Source: an uncultured Lysobacterales bacterium (GTDB lineage: Bacteria; Pseudomonadota; Gammaproteobacteria; Xanthomonadales; SZUA-36). From it: a stretch of DNA of 51,855 bases. Positions 46,200-51,855 of the stretch are shown one piece after another. Position numbers and translations under genes: made by a program. The DNA lies in assembly GCA_947258865.1 (NCBI GenBank), contig CAMYKC010000020.1:1-51855 (forward strand). Reading direction: 5' to 3'. Every line of letters begins with the position of its first letter. Position 1 is the first letter of the stretch. Under the pieces are notes generated by a model. The model did not search any database. It was not told the origin of the DNA and saw only the letters and a program-made list of their open reading frames with translations.

Positions 46200-46723
46200 A
46201 CAATCCCGTCCCGCTGGATTCGGTCGACGATATCCTGCGCCCTTCCGCCGACGCCAATCCGCTGCTGGAGCGCGGCATGGTTACGACGACTCTTGACGCC
46301 CTTCTGAACTGGGCGCGCACCGGATCCATGTGGCCGATGACTTTTGGATTGGCCTGCTGTGCGGTCGAGATGATGCAGGCCGGCGCCGCGAGGTACGACC
46401 TGGACCGGTTCGGTGTGATCTTCCGTCCCAGCCCGCGTCAGTCCGACGTGATGATCGTGGCCGGGACACTCACCAACAAGATGGCGCCAGCTTTTCGCAA
46501 AGTTTACGATCAGATGCCTAATCCAAAATGGGTCATATCCATGGGCTCGTGCGCCAACGGTGGCGGCTACTATCATTATGCCTATTCGGTGACCCGCGGC
46601 TGTGACCGGGTGGTCCCGGTTGACGTCTATGTTCCCGGCTGCCCACCGACTGCAGAAGCGCTGATCTACGGCATTCTCCAGTTGCAAGCGAAAATCCGCC
46701 GCGAAACCACCATCGCCAGGTGA
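46190..46723 (+). CDS. nuoB: NADH-quinone oxidoreductase subunit B
   Basis: [35 protein letters not shown] and GCPP are the N2-cluster cysteine motifs. Confidence 0.9.
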   Translation: MGMNNPVPLDSVDDILRPSADANPLLERGMVTTTLDALLNWARTGSMWPMTFGLACCAVEMMQAGAARYDLDRFGVIFRPSPRQSDVMIVAGTLTNKMAPAFRKVYDQMPNPKWVISMGSCANGGGYYHYAYSVTRGCDRVVPVDVYVPGCPPTAEALIYGILQLQAKIRRETTIAR

Positions 46724-47496
46724 CGGACGGTATGAGCGACACAGCCAAAGCCATTTCGGATCTGTTCAGTTCCCGTTTCGGTGACCGGGTATCCGTCGGT
46801 CAAACGCAGTCCGGTATCGTAACGCTCGTAGTGGAAGTTGATGCCTGGCTCGAGGTTTGCCGGGCGCTCAAGGATGAAGAAGATTTCAGTTACGAACAAC
46901 TGACCGATCTGTGTGGCGTTGATTACCTGAGTTACGGCCAATCCGAATGGGAGACGGAGGACGCCTCGCAGGAAGGATTTGGAAGAGGGGTTGAAGGCCT
47001 CGGTCCGGGGCGCTTCGATTGGGCGAACCGGCCAGAAGCGACAGACGTGCCAAACCGGTTTGGCGTGGTTGCCCATCTCCTGTCTTTCAAAAACAACCAG
47101 CGTTTACGGATCCGCTGCTATGCGCCGGATGAAGGGATGCCTATCGTAGCGTCCCTGGTGGAGATCTGGAGTTCGGCAAACTGGTATGAGCGTGAAGCAT
47201 TCGACCTGTTTGGGATCGTATTCGAGGGCCATCCGGATCTGCGCAGGATCATGACCGACTATGGTTTCACCGGCCACCCTTTCCGCAAAGATTTCCCGCT
47301 GATCGGCAATGTGGCGGTCCGTTACGACAGTCAGAAAAAGCGGGTCGTTTACGAGCCCGTGGAAATCGAACCCCGCGTAGGTGTGCCACGGGTTCTCAGG
47401 GACGATTCCCGCTACAAGGCGGATGAGGTCGACCAGGCGGCCGACGTGGAAGCTGAAAAGATCGCAGCGGGCGAGCAGGGCAACGGAAATGGCTGA
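46720..47496 (+). CDS. nuoC: NADH-quinone oxidoreductase subunit C (long form)
   Basis: The GTG overlaps the nuoB stop. [40 protein letters not shown] is the NuoC signature. nuoC and nuoD are separate genes. Confidence 0.9.
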   Translation: MTDGMSDTAKAISDLFSSRFGDRVSVGQTQSGIVTLVVEVDAWLEVCRALKDEEDFSYEQLTDLCGVDYLSYGQSEWETEDASQEGFGRGVEGLGPGRFDWANRPEATDVPNRFGVVAHLLSFKNNQRLRIRCYAPDEGMPIVASLVEIWSSANWYEREAFDLFGIVFEGHPDLRRIMTDYGFTGHPFRKDFPLIGNVAVRYDSQKKRVVYEPVEIEPRVGVPRVLRDDSRYKADEVDQAADVEAEKIAAGEQGNGNG

Positions 47497-48742
47497 AATA
47501 CGCAACTACACAATGAATTTCGGCCCCCAGCACCCGGCCGCGCACGGTGTGTTGCGCCTCGTGCTCGAAATGGATGGCGAGACGGTGGTGCGGGCCGACC
47601 CCCACGTGGGCCTGTTGCACCGCGCGACCGAGAAACTGGCGGAGAGCAAACCCTTCAACCAATCCATTGGATACCTCGACCGCCTGGACTACATGTCCAT
47701 GATGTGTAACGAGCATGCCTATGTGCGCGCCATCGAACAGTTACTGGGTATCGAGCCGCCGCCGCGCGCGCAATACATCCGCACAATGTTTGACGAAATC
47801 ACCCGGTTTTCGAACCACTTGCTTTGGGTAGCTTCCTGCGGCATCGATTTGGGCGCCATGACGGTTTTTCTCTACGCTTTCCGGGAGCGGGAAATGGTCA
47901 TGGACATGTATGAAGCGGTCTCCGGAGCGCGGATGCACGCTGGCTACTACCGTCCCGGTGGGGTTTACCGCGACCTGCCGGAAAGCATGCCGCAATACAC
48001 TGAAACCCGTTGGACGAAGGGCAAAGACCTGAAGCGCCGCAACGAATGGCGCCAGGGTTCCCTGCTCGATTTCATCGAGGCCTTCGCCGAGGATGTACCG
48101 AGTAAAATTGATGAATATGAAACGCTCCTGACCGATAACCGCATCTGGAAGCAGCGCACGGTTGGAATCGGAGTCGTGTCGCCGGATAAAGCGATCCAGA
48201 TGGGGTACTCGGGTGTCATGCTGCGCGGCTCCGGTGTTGAATGGGATCTGCGCAAGAAACAGCCTTACGCGATGTACGACCAGGTTGACTTCGACGTGCC
48301 GGTCGGCGTCAGCGGTGATTGCTACGACCGGTACCTGGTACGAATCGAAGAATTGAGGCAGTCTGCGAAAATTATTTTGCAATGCGTTGAATGGCTTAAG
48401 AAAAATCCCGGCCATGTCATGTTGAAGAACTTCAAGGTCATCCCCCCTACACGCGAGGAAATGAAGGATGACATGGAAGCACTGATCCATCACTTCAAAT
48501 TGTTCACCGAGGGTTATTGTGTGCCGGAGGGCGAGACATACGCTGCCGTGGAGGCGCCCAAGGGCGAGTTTGGCTGCTATCTCGTATCGGATGGAGCGAA
48601 TAAACCGTTTCGCGTGCATTTTCGCGCGCCGGGTTTTGCGCATCTATCGGGCATGAACGAGCTAACCAGGGGACACATGCTTGCGGACACGGTTGCCATC
48701 ATCAGCACGTTGGACCTGGTTTTCGGCGAGGTGGATCGTTGA
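47489..48742 (+). CDS. nuoD: NADH-quinone oxidoreductase subunit D
   Basis: [29 protein letters not shown], and the C-terminal [11 protein letters not shown]. Confidence 0.95.
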   Translation: MAEIRNYTMNFGPQHPAAHGVLRLVLEMDGETVVRADPHVGLLHRATEKLAESKPFNQSIGYLDRLDYMSMMCNEHAYVRAIEQLLGIEPPPRAQYIRTMFDEITRFSNHLLWVASCGIDLGAMTVFLYAFREREMVMDMYEAVSGARMHAGYYRPGGVYRDLPESMPQYTETRWTKGKDLKRRNEWRQGSLLDFIEAFAEDVPSKIDEYETLLTDNRIWKQRTVGIGVVSPDKAIQMGYSGVMLRGSGVEWDLRKKQPYAMYDQVDFDVPVGVSGDCYDRYLVRIEELRQSAKIILQCVEWLKKNPGHVMLKNFKVIPPTREEMKDDMEALIHHFKLFTEGYCVPEGETYAAVEAPKGEFGCYLVSDGANKPFRVHFRAPGFAHLSGMNELTRGHMLADTVAIISTLDLVFGEVDR

Positions 48743-49269
48743 TGGCTACCGGTGCAAACACGAATGATGACGCGAGCAACAAGGGTAGCGCCATGCTGAC
48801 TGAACGAACCCGGAATACCATAGATCATTGGGTTTCAAAATTCCCGGAAGAAAAGAAACGTTCCGCGCTGATCCAGTCATTGATGGCCGCTCAGGAACAA
48901 AACGACGGATGGATAACGCCGGAACTGACGGAGGCGGTTGCGGAGTACCTGCAGGTGCCGCGCGTTGGGGCCCATGAAGTGGTTTCTTTTTATTCCATGT
49001 TATTCACCGAGCCCGTAGGGCGGCACAAGGTCAATATCTGCACCAATATTTCCTGTTGGCTCAATGGCGCGGAGGATATCGTGACGCACGCCGAGAGCAA
49101 ACTGGGTGTAAAACTTGGCGGGACCACCGGTGACGGCAGGATTTCCCTGGTCAGGGAAGAAGAATGCCTGGCGGGTTGCTGCGGAGCACCGATGATGGTC
49201 GTGGATGGGCATTACCACGAGAATCTCGATATCGAAAAACTGGATGCCGTCCTGGACGGGTTGGAGTAG
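48742..49269 (+). CDS. nuoE: NADH-quinone oxidoreductase subunit E
   Basis: [2Fe-2S] motif C.N.SC ... CLAGCCGAPMM. The ATG overlaps the nuoD stop (TGATG). Confidence 0.9.
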   Translation: MATGANTNDDASNKGSAMLTERTRNTIDHWVSKFPEEKKRSALIQSLMAAQEQNDGWITPELTEAVAEYLQVPRVGAHEVVSFYSMLFTEPVGRHKVNICTNISCWLNGAEDIVTHAESKLGVKLGGTTGDGRISLVREEECLAGCCGAPMMVVDGHYHENLDIEKLDAVLDGLE

Positions 49270-49275
49270 AGCGGC

Positions 49276-50567
49276 ATGGCTGATCACAACGTCGTATTCA
49301 CAACACTGGACGCCGACCAACCGTGGGCGCTGGACACCTACCTGTCCGTCGACGGCTACAAGGCCTGGAAAAAGATCCTCGAAGAGAAGACACCGCCGGA
49401 AGACATCATCGATACGGTCAAGGAATCCGCATTGCGCGGACGGGGTGGCGCAGGATTCCCGACAGGATTGAAATGGAGCTTCATGCCCCGGTCAGCACCG
49501 ATGCAGAAATACATCCTGTGCAACTCGGATGAGTCCGAGCCAGGCACCTGTCATGACCGCGACATACTCAGGTTCAATCCACACGCGGTGATCGAGGGAA
49601 TGGCAATCGCCGGCTATGCCATGGGAGCGACGGTGGGGTACAACTACCTGCGCGGTGAGTTCCACCACGAACCGTTCGAACGCTTCGAACAGGCACTCAA
49701 AGAGGCCTATGGAGCCGGCTTGCTGGGCAGCGACATCAGAGGTTCCGGCGTTGACATGGACATCCACACTGCGCTCGGAGCCGGCGCCTACATTTGCGGC
49801 GAGGAAACGGCCCTGATGGAATCGCTGGAAGGCAAGAAAGGCCAGCCACGTTTCAAACCACCGTTTCCGGCAAATTTCGGGCTGTATGGATTGCCCAGTA
49901 CTGTCAATAACACCGAGACCCTGGCATCCGTGCCCGCCATCATGCGCAAGGGCGCGGACTGGTTTTTGCGCATCGGTAAGCCGAACAACGGTGGCCCGAA
50001 GTGCTTCTCGGTATCAGGACACGTTGTCAGGCCCGGAAACTATGAAATGCCTTTGGGAACGCCGTTTCCCGAATTGCTCGAGATGGCCGGCGGCATCCGG
50101 GACGGGCGAAAGCTCAAGGGCGTCATCCCCGGCGGGTCGTCCATGCCGGTGCTTCCGGCCGAAATCATCATGGACTGCACGATGGATTTTGATGCGTTGA
50201 GCAAGGCCGGATCCGGACTCGGATCGGGCGCGGTGATCGTAATGGACGATTCGACCTGCATGGTAAAGGCCTGTGAGCGGATCGCCCAGTTCTATCACAT
50301 GGAATCCTGTGGCCAATGCACGCCCTGCCGCGAAGGCACCGGCTGGATGCACCGTATGCTGAAGCGGATCATTGCCGGCGGAGGCCAGGATGGTGACCTG
50401 GAGTTGCTGCGTTCAGCAGCCGGACAAATCGAAGGTCATACCATTTGTGCTTTCGGCGAGGCGGCCGCCTGGCCGGTGCAGGGATTTCTGCGCCACTACT
50501 GGGATGAATTCGATTACTACGTCAAAAACGGCCGCTCGATGGTCGAAGGGCAACAGGGGCTGGCCGC

Positions 50568-50571
<4 letters not shown>
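49276..50571 (+). CDS. nuoF: NADH-quinone oxidoreductase subunit F
   Basis: [10 protein letters not shown] (FMN/NADH site), [12 protein letters not shown] (N3 cluster). 431 aa. Confidence 0.95.

Positions 50572-51855
<1,284 letters not shown>

Noticed and set aside
47741-48643. 300-aa minus-strand ORF
   Set aside because: It is antisense to nuoD, in the middle of a tightly coupled nuo operon. A shadow ORF.

Overview
This 51.9-kb window is a chromosomal segment of a gammaproteobacterium. By eye the GC content is in the high 50s. Gene order and the long NuoC and short NAD-IDH types suggest a Xanthomonadales/Chromatiales-like lineage, but that is inference only. Almost all of it is tightly packed housekeeping sequence, in this order:
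- alkA (5' partial), a SecB-like ORF, a small Cys-rich secreted ORF and an M15 peptidase
- cpxRA, epmA-ppx, and a Pho island (phoB-phoR-porin) with Pho-box-like sites
- bepA, tusDCB/dsrEFH plus a two-Cys dsrC/tusE, an NAD-type icd and thiD
- an outer-membrane barrel / AI-2E permease / DUF3179 trio
- PIN-PhoH2, bcp, dapA-bamC, fdxA and tRNA-Glu(CUC)
- pcnB-folK-panB-panC and yjgR (DUF853)
- leuS-lptE-holA-nadD-rsfS-rlmH followed directly by maf-rng-yhdP-tldD
- yjgA, pmbA, an HExxH membrane ORF, tpiA-secG-tRNA-Leu(GAG), and nuoA to nuoG (3' partial)

I found no transposase, integrase, phage gene, CRISPR array or recognisable defence island. Items worth a second look:
1. holA is split across two reading frames, and about 40 conserved codons appear to be missing.
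2. pcnB has no canonical start codon upstream of its conserved N-terminus, so an AUU start as in E. coli is likely.
3. The OMP / PerM-like / DUF3179 genes form an operon-like, envelope-spanning trio of unknown function.
4. An uncharacterised HExxH membrane protein is translationally coupled to pmbA.
5. A promoter-plus-terminator-bounded sRNA candidate lies in a 430-bp convergent gap.
6. rlmH abuts maf with no mrdAB or mreBCD between them.
7. The DsrEFH genes sit with a DsrC-type (two-Cys) TusE.

Every call rests on reading the translated ORFs and on motif recollection. No database searches were run.
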